From assembly GCA_009668225.1 (NCBI GenBank), contig WJYK01000007.1:218794-250793 (forward strand): a stretch of 32,000 bases of DNA. The letters are read 5' to 3'. The DNA comes from Enterobacteriaceae bacterium RIT693 (GTDB lineage Bacteria > Pseudomonadota > Gammaproteobacteria > Enterobacterales > Enterobacteriaceae). Below are positions 14,206-26,243 of the stretch, piece after piece (position 1 is the stretch's first letter; each line of letters starts with the position of its first letter). The notes beneath the pieces were generated by a model. The model worked only from the letters and a program-made list of their open reading frames with translations. It made no database searches and was not told the DNA's origin. The position numbers and the translations under genes were made by a program.

Positions 14206-14504
14206 TAGCTGCCTGCCTTTTTCAGTACCTCGCTGACTGCCCTGATAATCTCAATCTGCTCGGCTCGGTTTAGGGTATGCAAGTCATCCACCAGCGTCTG
14301 GAGGATACGGGTGCGCTTTTGGTCTTCAAGGTGCTGTCGGCGGGCATCCATCCTGCCCCCCAGCCACGAAGCCAGTGAAATAAGTACGCTAAGCAGTCCA
14401 AATATCATGTAGACCATATCCTGTGTCGTGATACCCAGACCGGCGGCAAGCGCCGCCAGCCACGCAAAAGACTGCGTGACCAGATTTGCGGGTTGGTCAT
14501 TCAT
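14205..14504 (-). CDS. putative class II holin
   Basis: 99 aa with two predicted TM segments (SFAWLAALAAGLGI and MVYMIFGLLSVLISLASWLGG) and a highly charged C-terminal tail. It lies immediately upstream of the endolysin with a 1-nt TAATG overlap. The call rests on position and topology, not on recognised homology. Confidence 0.65.
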   Translation of the reverse strand: MNDQPANLVTQSFAWLAALAAGLGITTQDMVYMIFGLLSVLISLASWLGGRMDARRQHLEDQKRTRILQTLVDDLHTLNRAEQIEIIRAVSEVLKKAGS

Positions 14505-14556
14505 GGGAGAACCTTCGGTTGAAGTGTCGAACTGCCGTTGGGGTAAAGAAGCGGTG

Positions 14557-14892
14557 TTAAATCAGCGGAATAGATTTTCCGCGTTGGGTTTGCTTGCCGG
14601 TCGCTTCCGGTAAGCCGGATTCGGTGCGCGGCGCGGCCTGATAAACGCTTTTTTGCCTGGCGTCTAACCTCTGGCGCAGCCGCTGATGATGCTCTGCCTG
14701 CTGGATGATTTGCAGGCCATAAATGTTAATGGCCTCCAGCGCTTTGTCAGGCCGGGACGTAAGTTTGCGGGTTAACGAGAGAATGGGCCTTACGTCAGGT
14801 TTTGCCATCACCCCCACTAAAAGTGGGTTAGCGGCTTTCCAGACGGCCTGCTTAGCTTCGCGGCGCTGGCGACGACGTGTCTGTGCGTCCAT
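14557..14892 (-). CDS. lambda N-type transcription antitermination protein
   Basis: 111 aa from the ATG at 14892 (AGGAGG Shine-Dalgarno). The sequence reads MDAQTRRRQRREAKQAVWKAANPLLVGVMAKPDVRPILSL...RGKSIPLI. Lambda N reads MDAQTRRRERRAEKQAQWKAANPLLVGVSAKPVNRPILSL...KGKSIPLI. The arginine-rich boxB-binding motif, the NusA-binding region and the C-terminal RNAP-binding end are all conserved. The first 5 codons of the track ORF (TTG start) are spurious. Confidence 0.9.
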   Translation of the reverse strand: MDAQTRRRQRREAKQAVWKAANPLLVGVMAKPDVRPILSLTRKLTSRPDKALEAINIYGLQIIQQAEHHQRLRQRLDARQKSVYQAAPRTESGLPEATGKQTQRGKSIPLI

Positions 14893-14911
14893 ACAACCTC
14901 CTGTCAATCAA

Positions 14912-14941
14912 CTTTGGTGATATCTCTCTGATATCCCAAAG
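14912..14941 (-). promoter_or_regulatory. N-leader stem-loop (counterpart of the lambda N-leader RNase III-sensitive structure)
   Basis: The minus strand reads GCTTTGGGATATC-AGAGA-GATATCACCAAAG followed by ttgattGACAGGAGgttgtATG. Lambda has GGCTTTGGGGTGTGTG...CACACACCACCAAAGC-taactGACAGGAGaatccagATG at the same place. Confidence 0.55.
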
Positions 14942-14961
14942 CTTCTTGCTTTGGTGTATGC

Positions 14962-14992
14962 GCCCTTTTTCAGGGCCTGATGTTAAGGAGCG
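14962..14992 (-). promoter_or_regulatory. nutL site (boxA + boxB)
   Basis: The minus strand reads CGCTCCTTAACATCAG-GCCCTGAAAAAGGGC. The boxB hairpin matches my recalled lambda nutR boxB sequence (GCCCTGAAAAAGGGC). The boxA resembles lambda CGCTCTTA and rrn GCTCTTTAACA. The site lies between the PL-like promoter and the N gene. Confidence 0.8.
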
Positions 14993-15033
14993 TTCACTTG
15001 CCTTGTGAGTCGGTGCGTCCTGCCGATGAATTG

Positions 15034-15062
15034 ATATTGAACCAATAGTACAAATCAGTCAA
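15034..15062 (-). promoter_or_regulatory. PL-like sigma70 promoter candidate
   Basis: The minus strand reads TTGACT (15062-15057), a 17-nt spacer, then CAATAT (15039-15034). The promoter is about 35 nt upstream of nutL, as for lambda PL, and is flanked and overlapped by two operator-like repeats. The -10 element is weak. Confidence 0.45.
15039..15051. promoter_or_regulatory. operator-like site OL-a (GAAC-N5-GTAC)
   Basis: GAACCAATAGTAC, located between the -35 and -10 elements of the PL candidate. It is a near repeat of the site at 15063-15075, centre to centre 24 bp. Confidence 0.4.
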
Positions 15063-15075
15063 GAACCAAAAGTAC
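15063..15075. promoter_or_regulatory. operator-like site OL-b (GAAC-N5-GTAC)
   Basis: GAACCAAAAGTAC, abutting the -35 hexamer. It matches OL-a at 12 of 13 positions. Confidence 0.4.
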
Positions 15076-15126
15076 GAATTATAGATAAAAAATGCAAAAG
15101 TAAGCTAACCATCTAAAATACAAAGT

Positions 15127-15148
15127 AAAAAAAACCCGCTTTCGCGGG
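15127..15148 (-). terminator. intrinsic terminator downstream of the repressor gene
   Basis: The minus strand reads CCCGC-GAAA-GCGGG followed by T8, about 30 nt after the repressor stop. It separates the repressor transcript from the PL-N-lysis unit. Confidence 0.75.
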
Positions 15149-15177
15149 ATTCGAAACTTCAGCAGGAGAGAAAGGAT

Positions 15178-15924
15178 TCATGCGTGACGGCGTATAGCGT
15201 GGCTATACATCACCCGGCCAATGATTTTGAGATTCTGTTCGTTCTCTTCGCTGATGCGCCAGTCGGCATATTTGGGGTTGTCCGAGCGCACCAGCAGGCA
15301 GTCGTGGGTCATCTGCAGGCGCTTCACCAGCAGCTGGCCCTTATAAAGAAACACGTAAATCCCGTCCCCGTCGAAGTAGTCCTTGGCGATATCGACAAAG
15401 ATGTAATCACCCAGCTCAATGGTACCGGACATACTGTCGCCGGTGACGGTAATTACCTTGATCGTCGACGCCGGACGGTGGCCGAACAGTTCCAGCGCCT
15501 CCTGGCTGTCGTAAACAATGTGGTTGATTGTTTCTGTCACTTCGCTGGAAATCAGCCGCCCAGGACCTGCGCTGGCTTCGATATCCAGCACATCGATGCG
15601 GAACCCCTGCTCTTCAGGCGGCTGGAAATTGTAGATTACCGCCTCCTCTGAATGGGCCGCATTTTCACGCCCTTCGGGGACATAGCCACTTTCGCTCCCG
15701 TGCTGCAGCCAGAGAACGTCCGTCTTAAGAAAGGTCGCCAGTTCGTACATTTTGTCCTGTCTGGGGATGGCTTCAGCATTAAGCCACTTGCTGACGGCCT
15801 TGGAGGAAACGCCCAGCGCGCGCGCTATTGCCATACCGCGCCCAAACTCATCGAGGTTTGCTTCGCTGCAGGCCTGCGCCAGCCTGCGGGAGAATGCTTC
15901 GCGCAGTTGTTCTCTCTGTACCAT
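15178..15924 (-). CDS. cI/LexA-like phage repressor (XRE HTH + S24 autopeptidase)
   Basis: 248 aa with an N-terminal HTH (MAIARALGVSSKAVSKWLN), an Ala-Gly cleavage site (EASAGPG), the Ser nucleophile in GDSM and the Lys in LLVKRL. It occupies the lambda cI position relative to PL and N (same strand, upstream). Confidence 0.9.
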   Translation of the reverse strand: MVQREQLREAFSRRLAQACSEANLDEFGRGMAIARALGVSSKAVSKWLNAEAIPRQDKMYELATFLKTDVLWLQHGSESGYVPEGRENAAHSEEAVIYNFQPPEEQGFRIDVLDIEASAGPGRLISSEVTETINHIVYDSQEALELFGHRPASTIKVITVTGDSMSGTIELGDYIFVDIAKDYFDGDGIYVFLYKGQLLVKRLQMTHDCLLVRSDNPKYADWRISEENEQNLKIIGRVMYSHAIRRHA

Positions 15925-15930
15925 AAGTAC
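15918..15930. promoter_or_regulatory. operator-like site OR-a (GTAC-N5-GTAC) overlapping the repressor start codon
   Basis: GTACCATAAGTAC. The repressor ATG (15924-15922) lies inside the site. Confidence 0.4.
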
Positions 15931-15949
15931 GATCCCACCGTGTTTTTCG

Positions 15950-15962
15950 TGACCAATAGTTC
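15950..15962. promoter_or_regulatory. degenerate operator-like site OR-b
   Basis: TGACCAATAGTTC shares the 9-mer ACCAATAGT with OL-a and lies 24 bp (centre to centre) from OR-c. Confidence 0.3.
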
Positions 15963-15973
15963 AATGATAACAC

Positions 15974-15986
15974 GTACTGAAAGTAC
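15974..15986. promoter_or_regulatory. operator-like site OR-c (perfect GTACT-GAA-AGTAC palindrome)
   Basis: GTACTGAAAGTAC, 5-bp arms with a 3-bp spacer, 50-62 bp upstream of the repressor ATG. Confidence 0.4.
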
Positions 15987-16177
15987 ACAAAGCACAAAAC
16001 TTAAAGACTCAGTGTCATTGGGGATGATCTGCTTTTGTGGTAAAGTGCGCGCCATCGAAACTTCCTTGCTTAAGCAGCTTCGTTTAACCAAACTTAATAC
16101 TGGTTAAATATACATGTTTTTGCAATTTTTCGAGTGCGTAACATGAATATATCTTTTGGATCGGCGGGTTCAGGTAA

Positions 16178-16823
<646 letters not shown>

Positions 16824-16824
<1 letters not shown>

Positions 16825-17555
16825 TAGCGACGCGCTTCCTGCATCAGGCGTTTCATTTCTGCCACGGCCTCTTTAAGACCGCTCATCACCGCACGACCGA
16901 TAATCGCGTGGCCAATGTTCAGCTCATGCATTTCAGGAATACGCGCAATAGCCTGGACGTTGTGGTAGGTGAGGCCGTGGCCCGCATTAACCTTCAATCC
17001 TTTAGCCGCCGCATAGCTCGCCGCTTCGGCGATACGCGCCAGTTCTTTGGCCTGGGTCGCTTCATCTTCTGCGTCCGCGTAGCAGCCGGTGTGAATTTCA
17101 ATGTAAGGCGCGCCAACGGCAACCGCGGCGTCAATCTGCGCGTGGTCGGCGTCAATAAACAGAGAGACCAGAATACCTGCGTCAGCCAGGCGCTGGCAGG
17201 CATCACGCATCTTGTCCAGCTGGCCGGCGACATCAAGGCCGCCTTCGGTGGTCACTTCCTGACGCTTTTCCGGTACCAGGCAGCAGAAATGCGGCTTCGT
17301 CTGGCAGGCAATACCGATCATCTCTTCGGTGACGGCCATTTCAAGATTCATGCGGGTATCGAGGGTTTCACGCAGAACGCGAACGTCACGGTCGGTGATA
17401 TGGCGGCGATCTTCACGCAGGTGAACGGTAATACCGTCTGCTCCCGCCTGCTCCGCGATAAACGCAGCCTGAACCGGGTCCGGGTACGCCGTGCCGCGCG
17501 CGTTACGCAGGGTAGCGATGTGATCGATGTTGACGCCTAACAGTAATTGAGCCAT
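16824..17555 (-). CDS. pdxJ: pyridoxine 5'-phosphate synthase
   Basis: 243 aa, [24 protein letters not shown]... Confidence 0.97.
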
Positions 17556-17629
17556 GACAATCCTCAGAGTTCGCAGACAGATGCCGGGCAGTGTACACCT
17601 GCCGGGGAAAGCCTGGCTACGTTCTGTGA

Positions 17630-18367
17630 TTACTGTGAGCTATCCGAAGGTTCAGGTGGCGTTTTTTTAGGCACAAACTGGCGAAACAGCTCGCGGCTTT
17701 TGAGGGGCTTGCCCTGCAGATAAGGCTTGAGGGCCATGCGGGTGAAACGTTTGGCGGCGCGCAGCGTGTCGGCGTCCGGAAATTCGCGTTCGGCAAGCGC
17801 TCTGAGCTGGCGCCCGGTAAAGCTGCTGTTGCCAATCACTATGCTGGCAATAAAGCCTTTCTCTTCGCGGTAGGTGTAGGTCATGGTGTCATCAACACCC
17901 TCGCCGCTGCCGGCGCAGTGCAGGAAGTCCACGCCGTAACCCAGATGCCCCAGCAGCGCCAGCTCAAAACGGCGCAACGCAGGCTCCGGTGTACCGGTAG
18001 CTCCGGCTAAGGCCTGGATACAGTGGAGATAGTCAAAAAACAGCTCGGAAAAGCGGGTTTCCTGCTCAAGCACGCGAGCCACCAGCTCATTCACGTACAA
18101 GCCGCTGTAGAGTGAGATACCACTAAGGGGAAGGGCCAGAGAGACCGCTTCGGCGCTGCGCAGCGTTTTGACTTCGCCACGGCCGCCCCAGCGAACCAGC
18201 AGAGGGGTAAAAGGCTGTAAAGCGCCTTTCAGATTAGAACGTTTGGAGCGCGCACCTTTGGCAATCAGGCGGACGCGTCCGGACTCTTCGGAAAACAGGT
18301 CGAGTAGAAGGCTGGTTTCACTCCAGGGGCGACTATGCAGGACAAAAGCCCGTTGCCAGCCTTCCAT
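17630..18367 (-). CDS. recO: DNA repair protein RecO
   Basis: 245 aa, [20 protein letters not shown]..., collinear with E. coli RecO. Confidence 0.95.
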   Translation of the reverse strand: MEGWQRAFVLHSRPWSETSLLLDLFSEESGRVRLIAKGARSKRSNLKGALQPFTPLLVRWGGRGEVKTLRSAEAVSLALPLSGISLYSGLYVNELVARVLEQETRFSELFFDYLHCIQALAGATGTPEPALRRFELALLGHLGYGVDFLHCAGSGEGVDDTMTYTYREEKGFIASIVIGNSSFTGRQLRALAEREFPDADTLRAAKRFTRMALKPYLQGKPLKSRELFRQFVPKKTPPEPSDSSQ

Positions 18368-18371
18368 GAGA

Positions 18372-19969
<1,598 letters not shown>

Positions 19970-19992
19970 TTAATGAATGCGTCAACTATTCA

Positions 19993-20040
19993 GCACACGG
20001 AACAGACCTGAAAAAAAGAAACCAACGCTGTTTCGTGTGC
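19993..20040 (-). promoter_or_regulatory. rnc leader stem-loop (RNase III autoregulatory target candidate)
   Basis: 13-bp stem GCACACGGAACAG / CTGTTTCGTGTGC (one G-U pair) enclosing a 22-nt loop, 36-83 nt upstream of the rnc ATG. E. coli rnc mRNA is known to be cleaved by RNase III in a leader hairpin. Confidence 0.5.
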
Positions 20041-20130
20041 CGTGGCCCCCTTTCGGGAGCCAATCTTTAAAGGCGGGAATATTCTATACACAACGACAGG
20101 GGATGTCGTTAGTTTGTGGGATTTAATTGT

Positions 20131-21105
20131 TTAATGAATGCCACCAATTCGGTTCAAACGAACACCTGTTGGCCACTCACCTTCTTGTTTTTCGAAACTC
20201 ATCCAAATTGCCGTCGCTTTACCGACCAGATTTTGCTCCGGAACAAAGCCCCAATAACGGCTGTCGGCGCTGTTGTCGCGGTTATCACCCATCATGAAGT
20301 AATGACCCGGCGGAACAATCCACGTCGCCAGCGGTAGACCCGACTGTTGGTAATACATCCCAACCTGATCCTGTGCAATTGGCACCGTCAGAATGTTATG
20401 CGTGACATCCCCCAACGTCTCTTTGCGTTCGCTTAGACGTACACCGTCATCACGGGTCTGGTCTTTAGGCATCTGGAAGAAACCGGAGGTCGCTTCACTG
20501 CCATTGCGGCGGGCAAACGTCTGCACAAAATCACTGGCTTCCGCGTTGGAATAGGTGATCGGAAGCGCGTTGCCACAGGCCTGGCCGGAACTGCAGTTCG
20601 GCTGAACGGTGACTTCTTTGGACTGCGGATCGTAGCTGACACGATCGCCAGGTAAGCCGACAACGCGCTTAATATAATCCAGGCGCGGATCTTCCGGATA
20701 TTTAAATACGGCAATATCGCCGCGTTTAGGGTGCCCGGTTTCAATTAAAGTCTTCTGATAAATCGGGTCTTTAATTCCGTAAGCAAACTTCTCTACCAGA
20801 ATAAAATCGCCGATTAACAGCGTTGGCATCATCGAACCGGATGGGATCTGGAACGGCTCATAAATAAATGAACGTACCACCAGTACAATCGCCAGTACCG
20901 GGAACACGGAAGCGCCGGTTTCGAGCCAGCCCGGTTTCGGGCCGACTTTCTTCAACGTCTTTTTGTCCAGTGCATCACCGGTTGCAGCCTGCGCTGCCGC
21001 CTGTTTTTCACGACGTTTTGGTGCAAAGATAAACTTATCCAGACACCATAAAATGCCCGTCACCAGCGTGGCTACCACGAGGATCAAAGCAAACATATTC
21101 GCCAT
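20131..21105 (-). CDS. lepB: signal peptidase I
   Basis: 324 aa with SGSMMPTL (catalytic Ser) and GDNRDNSADSRYWGFVP. Confidence 0.97.
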   Translation of the reverse strand: MANMFALILVVATLVTGILWCLDKFIFAPKRREKQAAAQAATGDALDKKTLKKVGPKPGWLETGASVFPVLAIVLVVRSFIYEPFQIPSGSMMPTLLIGDFILVEKFAYGIKDPIYQKTLIETGHPKRGDIAVFKYPEDPRLDYIKRVVGLPGDRVSYDPQSKEVTVQPNCSSGQACGNALPITYSNAEASDFVQTFARRNGSEATSGFFQMPKDQTRDDGVRLSERKETLGDVTHNILTVPIAQDQVGMYYQQSGLPLATWIVPPGHYFMMGDNRDNSADSRYWGFVPEQNLVGKATAIWMSFEKQEGEWPTGVRLNRIGGIH

Positions 21106-21119
21106 GCCAACTCCTTAGA

Positions 21120-22919
<1,800 letters not shown>

Positions 22920-23113
22920 AGTTAGAGGTTTTATGCCTTACAAATGGCCTGTGAGCTCGGCGCTTCGCGCTGTACGGAGCAGGATGTCAGTGACTGTCTT
23001 CTGCCTGAAACGCCGCATTCTACACTACAACCAGAAAGCGAGGAAACTGCTCATCCTGCAAGCTTAGTTAAGCCATGAGCAGGATGCGCAAAGATATGTC
23101 AATCGAAGGGAAA

Positions 23114-23596
23114 TTACTGATTTTCAGCCGGGGGAGTTGAAGTGTCGACACGCAACGCTTCCGGGCTAAGCGCAACGCTCAGGATAACCGGCTGCCAGCT
23201 ATCCCGGCGGCTGAAATACTGTGAAAAACCGCGGGCAAGCAGGAACCCCCCTACACCACCGAGCAACGCACCACACATCGCGGCCAGATTCGTGCTAAAC
23301 AGCGTCTGGAAGAGGCCTGAACACAAAAAAAGCCCGACCAGCGGCGACATATAAACCAACAGTGCGGAGCCAAGCAGGCTTCCTTCCGCGATACCCAGCT
23401 CCACTTTTTGACCTGCTACCAGCGGCTGTTCGCTTGGAACAGATAAGAGATGGCTGGTTTGTGGACCAAGCTTATTCAATACTCGTGCGCCGCACCCCGA
23501 ACGCGAAGCGCAGCTGTTACAGGATGCTTTAACATCACAGTGCAGCAATGCTTCACCGTTTTGCCAGGAGACAACCGTCGCCCACTCTTTGATCAT
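23114..23596 (-). CDS. rseC: SoxR-reducing system / sigmaE regulatory protein RseC
   Basis: 160 aa, MIKEWATVVSWQNG..., collinear with E. coli RseC. Confidence 0.9.
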   Translation of the reverse strand: MIKEWATVVSWQNGEALLHCDVKASCNSCASRSGCGARVLNKLGPQTSHLLSVPSEQPLVAGQKVELGIAEGSLLGSALLVYMSPLVGLFLCSGLFQTLFSTNLAAMCGALLGGVGGFLLARGFSQYFSRRDSWQPVILSVALSPEALRVDTSTPPAENQ

Positions 23597-24558
23597 TGCG
23601 TAGCCCCGTTAAACTTAATGCTATCGCCAATGCGTTTTGCCGTTTGCGGAGGCAATTCCCCGACCACGGTAATTTCCGTTTTATCGCGAATTTCAGTACT
23701 TACGGTACGACGACCGGTGCGTACCAGCTGATCGCTATTACTGACCTGGGATGGTGCCTGGCTGATGTTTACCGAGAAACTAAACAATCCGTCAGAATAG
23801 AGACGAGATTCTATCGGCACGCCAACGGTAGGCAGAGGCCTACGGCTGCTCGACACTTCGTTAAACCCTTGCGGCAGCCACGTAGGTGCCCAGGAAAACT
23901 TCGCTTTCTCCGCGCCAGGAACAGACAGCAGCGGCGGAAGCGTAGCCTTCGCCAAATTCTGCATCAGGCCGCTGGCCTGATTTTCGACGGAGAAAGATAC
24001 CACCCGGAACTGTTCTAGCGTTTCACCGTCACGATCAAGGAGATCAACCCGCAGCGGGAGCTTGGTTTCGGTATCGATCCACACGATATAGTTGTAGCGC
24101 GTGCCATCTCGTGCCACGACGCGGATCACTTCACACAGCCGATCGGCAATACGCGTACGCCCAACGGAGATAAAGTCATAGTAAGGTGTCAGGCGCTTAA
24201 AGTCGGTATAGACGATGGAAGGCAGAGAGTCGACAATGTAGTCCCCGGTGAGCGTGAATGGCTCAAGCCCAGGTTCAAAATAGCTGATTTCATTGCCGCG
24301 CTGCACAACTTCCCGACGCGGGCCATCCATTTGCAAAAACTGAGCAAGCGGGCGATTATCAAGACGCGCGTGGCGATAACTAAGGGACTCAATCCCTTGT
24401 TTGCTGATATTGATAAACGCCAGCTCATAGTTGAGTGACTGACTCGCCTGGTTCATCTGCTGCAACAGCGCCCCGGACGAAACCGTGTCCGCCGAGGCGC
24501 TGGAGGTGAACAACAGGCCGCCTGCCACAAGAGACAGGGCACACCAAAGTTGCTTCAT
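23593..24558 (-). CDS. rseB: sigmaE regulatory protein RseB
   Basis: 321 aa with a signal peptide. Synteny and similarity to E. coli RseB. Confidence 0.95.
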   Translation of the reverse strand: MKQLWCALSLVAGGLLFTSSASADTVSSGALLQQMNQASQSLNYELAFINISKQGIESLSYRHARLDNRPLAQFLQMDGPRREVVQRGNEISYFEPGLEPFTLTGDYIVDSLPSIVYTDFKRLTPYYDFISVGRTRIADRLCEVIRVVARDGTRYNYIVWIDTETKLPLRVDLLDRDGETLEQFRVVSFSVENQASGLMQNLAKATLPPLLSVPGAEKAKFSWAPTWLPQGFNEVSSSRRPLPTVGVPIESRLYSDGLFSFSVNISQAPSQVSNSDQLVRTGRRTVSTEIRDKTEITVVGELPPQTAKRIGDSIKFNGATQ

Positions 24559-25205
24559 TACTGCGATTGCGTTCCTAAAGTTTGGTTTCCTGGCACTTGC
24601 ACAGCAGCTTGCTGGGTTTGCGCCTGTTCAAACTGGAGCTGCTCGGAGTGTAAACGACGCTGCAATTCGTAATCCTGCAGCATTGCGTTAATACGACGAC
24701 GCTGTTCCTGTACCTGCTGACTGCTGTTACTGGCCGTCGTCTCAGACGGTACGCCCAGGCTCACCGGACTGGCTTTGCCCATCATCGGCAGGGTGTTAAA
24801 CACCGGCGTTTCCGGCTGTGCGGCACTGTCAGACTGACCATTATAGTGCTGCACACCTACAATAACCGCAAGCGATACGCACGCAGCAACACCCATCTGA
24901 GTCAGCTGGCTTGCCCATGGACGCACTTTGTGCCAGAACGGCATTTTCTGCCACTGCTGAGGCCGCGATTGTGATTCGGTAATGAGCGGCGCGACGCTAC
25001 GCACTGGTTCATTCGCGATAGCTGCCATTACGTTGGCAGAAATATCGAAATGAAGCACTTCACTGGTATCTCCGCGCATCGTGTCGCGGATCAGATGGTA
25101 GCTCTCCCAGCTTTGCTGCAGCGCACTGTCATCAGACAAGCGGTTAAGCAGCTCGCTATCGAGAGATTCGCCATCCATTAAAGCGGAAAGTTGTTCTTTC
25201 TGCAT
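24558..25205 (-). CDS. rseA: anti-sigmaE factor RseA
   Basis: 215 aa from MQKEQLSALMDGE, the E. coli RseA N-terminus. The upstream 22 codons of the track ORF are not conserved. Confidence 0.9.
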   Translation of the reverse strand: MQKEQLSALMDGESLDSELLNRLSDDSALQQSWESYHLIRDTMRGDTSEVLHFDISANVMAAIANEPVRSVAPLITESQSRPQQWQKMPFWHKVRPWASQLTQMGVAACVSLAVIVGVQHYNGQSDSAAQPETPVFNTLPMMGKASPVSLGVPSETTASNSSQQVQEQRRRINAMLQDYELQRRLHSEQLQFEQAQTQQAAVQVPGNQTLGTQSQ

Positions 25206-25236
25206 GCCTAAATACCCTTCCAGTAATCCGCTATCG

Positions 25237-25812
25237 TCAACGCCTGATAAGCGGTTGAACTTTATTATCAATAGCTTCCCGCGCGCGGAAAATACGAGAA
25301 CGCACTGTACCTACCGGGCAATCCATAATGGCCGCTATCTCTTCATAGCTCAGACCATCCAGCTCCCGTAACGTAATTGCCATGCGTAAATCTTCCGGGA
25401 GCGACTCAATCGTGCGGAAAACTATCTGTCTCAGCTCTTCAGACAACATTAAGTTCTCAGGGTTCGAAATTTCTTTCAATGCGCTGCCACTTTCGTAGTT
25501 TTCAGCGTCAATCGCGTCTACGTCACTGGACGGTGGACGGCGCCCCTGGGCAACCAGATAATTTTTTGCCGTGTTGACCGCAATACGGTACAGCCACGTA
25601 TAAAATGCGCTATCGCCGCGGAATGAATCCAGCGCACGATACGCTTTGATAAAAGATTCCTGCACCACGTCGGGAACATCTCCCGAAGGCACATAGCGGG
25701 AAACCAGGCTCGCAACCTTATGCTGGTAGCGCACCACCAGTAGGTTAAATGATTTCTGATCTCCCTTCTGGACCCGTTCGACGAGGACCTGATCCGTTAA
25801 CTGCTCGCTCAT
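25237..25812 (-). CDS. rpoE: RNA polymerase sigma factor sigmaE
   Basis: 191 aa from MSEQLTDQVLVERVQKGDQK, essentially identical to E. coli RpoE. Confidence 0.97.
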   Translation of the reverse strand: MSEQLTDQVLVERVQKGDQKSFNLLVVRYQHKVASLVSRYVPSGDVPDVVQESFIKAYRALDSFRGDSAFYTWLYRIAVNTAKNYLVAQGRRPPSSDVDAIDAENYESGSALKEISNPENLMLSEELRQIVFRTIESLPEDLRMAITLRELDGLSYEEIAAIMDCPVGTVRSRIFRAREAIDNKVQPLIRR

Positions 25813-25893
25813 CCGAGGTAATGTCTCCCCAAACCTAATTTCCACGCGTAATCGAAATGCCACTCGAACCCTGCATTTTGAGCAAGCTTAGAG

Positions 25894-25921
25894 TTGGAGC
25901 GCCCGAGGCCAGCAAAGTTCC
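25894..25921 (-). promoter_or_regulatory. sigmaE-dependent rpoE promoter (P2-type)
   Basis: The minus strand reads GGAACTT-N16-TCCAA. Compare the sigmaE consensus GGAACTT-N15/16-TCNAA and E. coli rpoE P2, GGAACTT-N16-TCTAA. It lies about 80-110 bp upstream of the rpoE ATG. Confidence 0.65.
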
Positions 25922-26223
25922 GTTACGCCTTTGTTTTTCTGTCATGTTTCGCGGATTGCATCTTTTCATTATAAATTCCGCTACGCAAAACGGTACGCCG
26001 ATTCTTCTGAATCATCGCTTAAAAAGTTAGCGAGCAGAGTATCGCATGAGTCGAGGTTTTTCATCATTTAATCTGTCGTTTATCCATTTGTAGATGCATT
26101 TATTTGCATAATTTGACTCGCCTCTCCTCAGCACATTTATCGATAATATTGTTTAGTCGGCGCAACGATAAAACAAAAAAATAGTGTTCCTTATCCCACC
26201 CGGTGCTATGCTGCGGCCAAACT

Positions 26224-26241
26224 TGTTTAGTAAATTAAACA
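26224..26241. promoter_or_regulatory. NadR operator (NAD box) of nadB
   Basis: Perfect inverted repeat TGTTTA-gtaaat-TAAACA ending 2 nt before the nadB ATG. It matches the NadR box consensus TGTTTA-N6-TAAACA. Confidence 0.6.
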
Positions 26242-26243
26242 CC

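Noticed and set aside
15964-16107. 47-aa plus-strand ORF as a possible cro analogue
   Set aside because: It has no helix-turn-helix-like segment, starts inside the operator-like cluster, has no convincing Shine-Dalgarno sequence, and is simply the tail of a long antisense ORF (15652-16107).
16098-16117. LexA-box-like sequence TACTGGTTAAATATACATGT upstream of yfhL, at the right edge of the islet
   Set aside because: It fits CTG-N10-CAT rather than CTG-N10-CAG, so the critical distal G is missing. The position is not obviously linked to any islet promoter, and the S24 repressor already gives a route to SOS control. It would need a heterology-index calculation or a LexA EMSA before being taken seriously.
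22977-23086. GAGCAGGATG repeated twice directly (22977, 23077), plus an inverted partial copy (23052-23059) that can form alternative hairpins
   Set aside because: It lies in the rseC-lepA intergenic region, where an rseC terminator and the lepA promoter are expected. The stems are short (8 bp) with large loops and no clear U-tract. I cannot assign a function from sequence alone.
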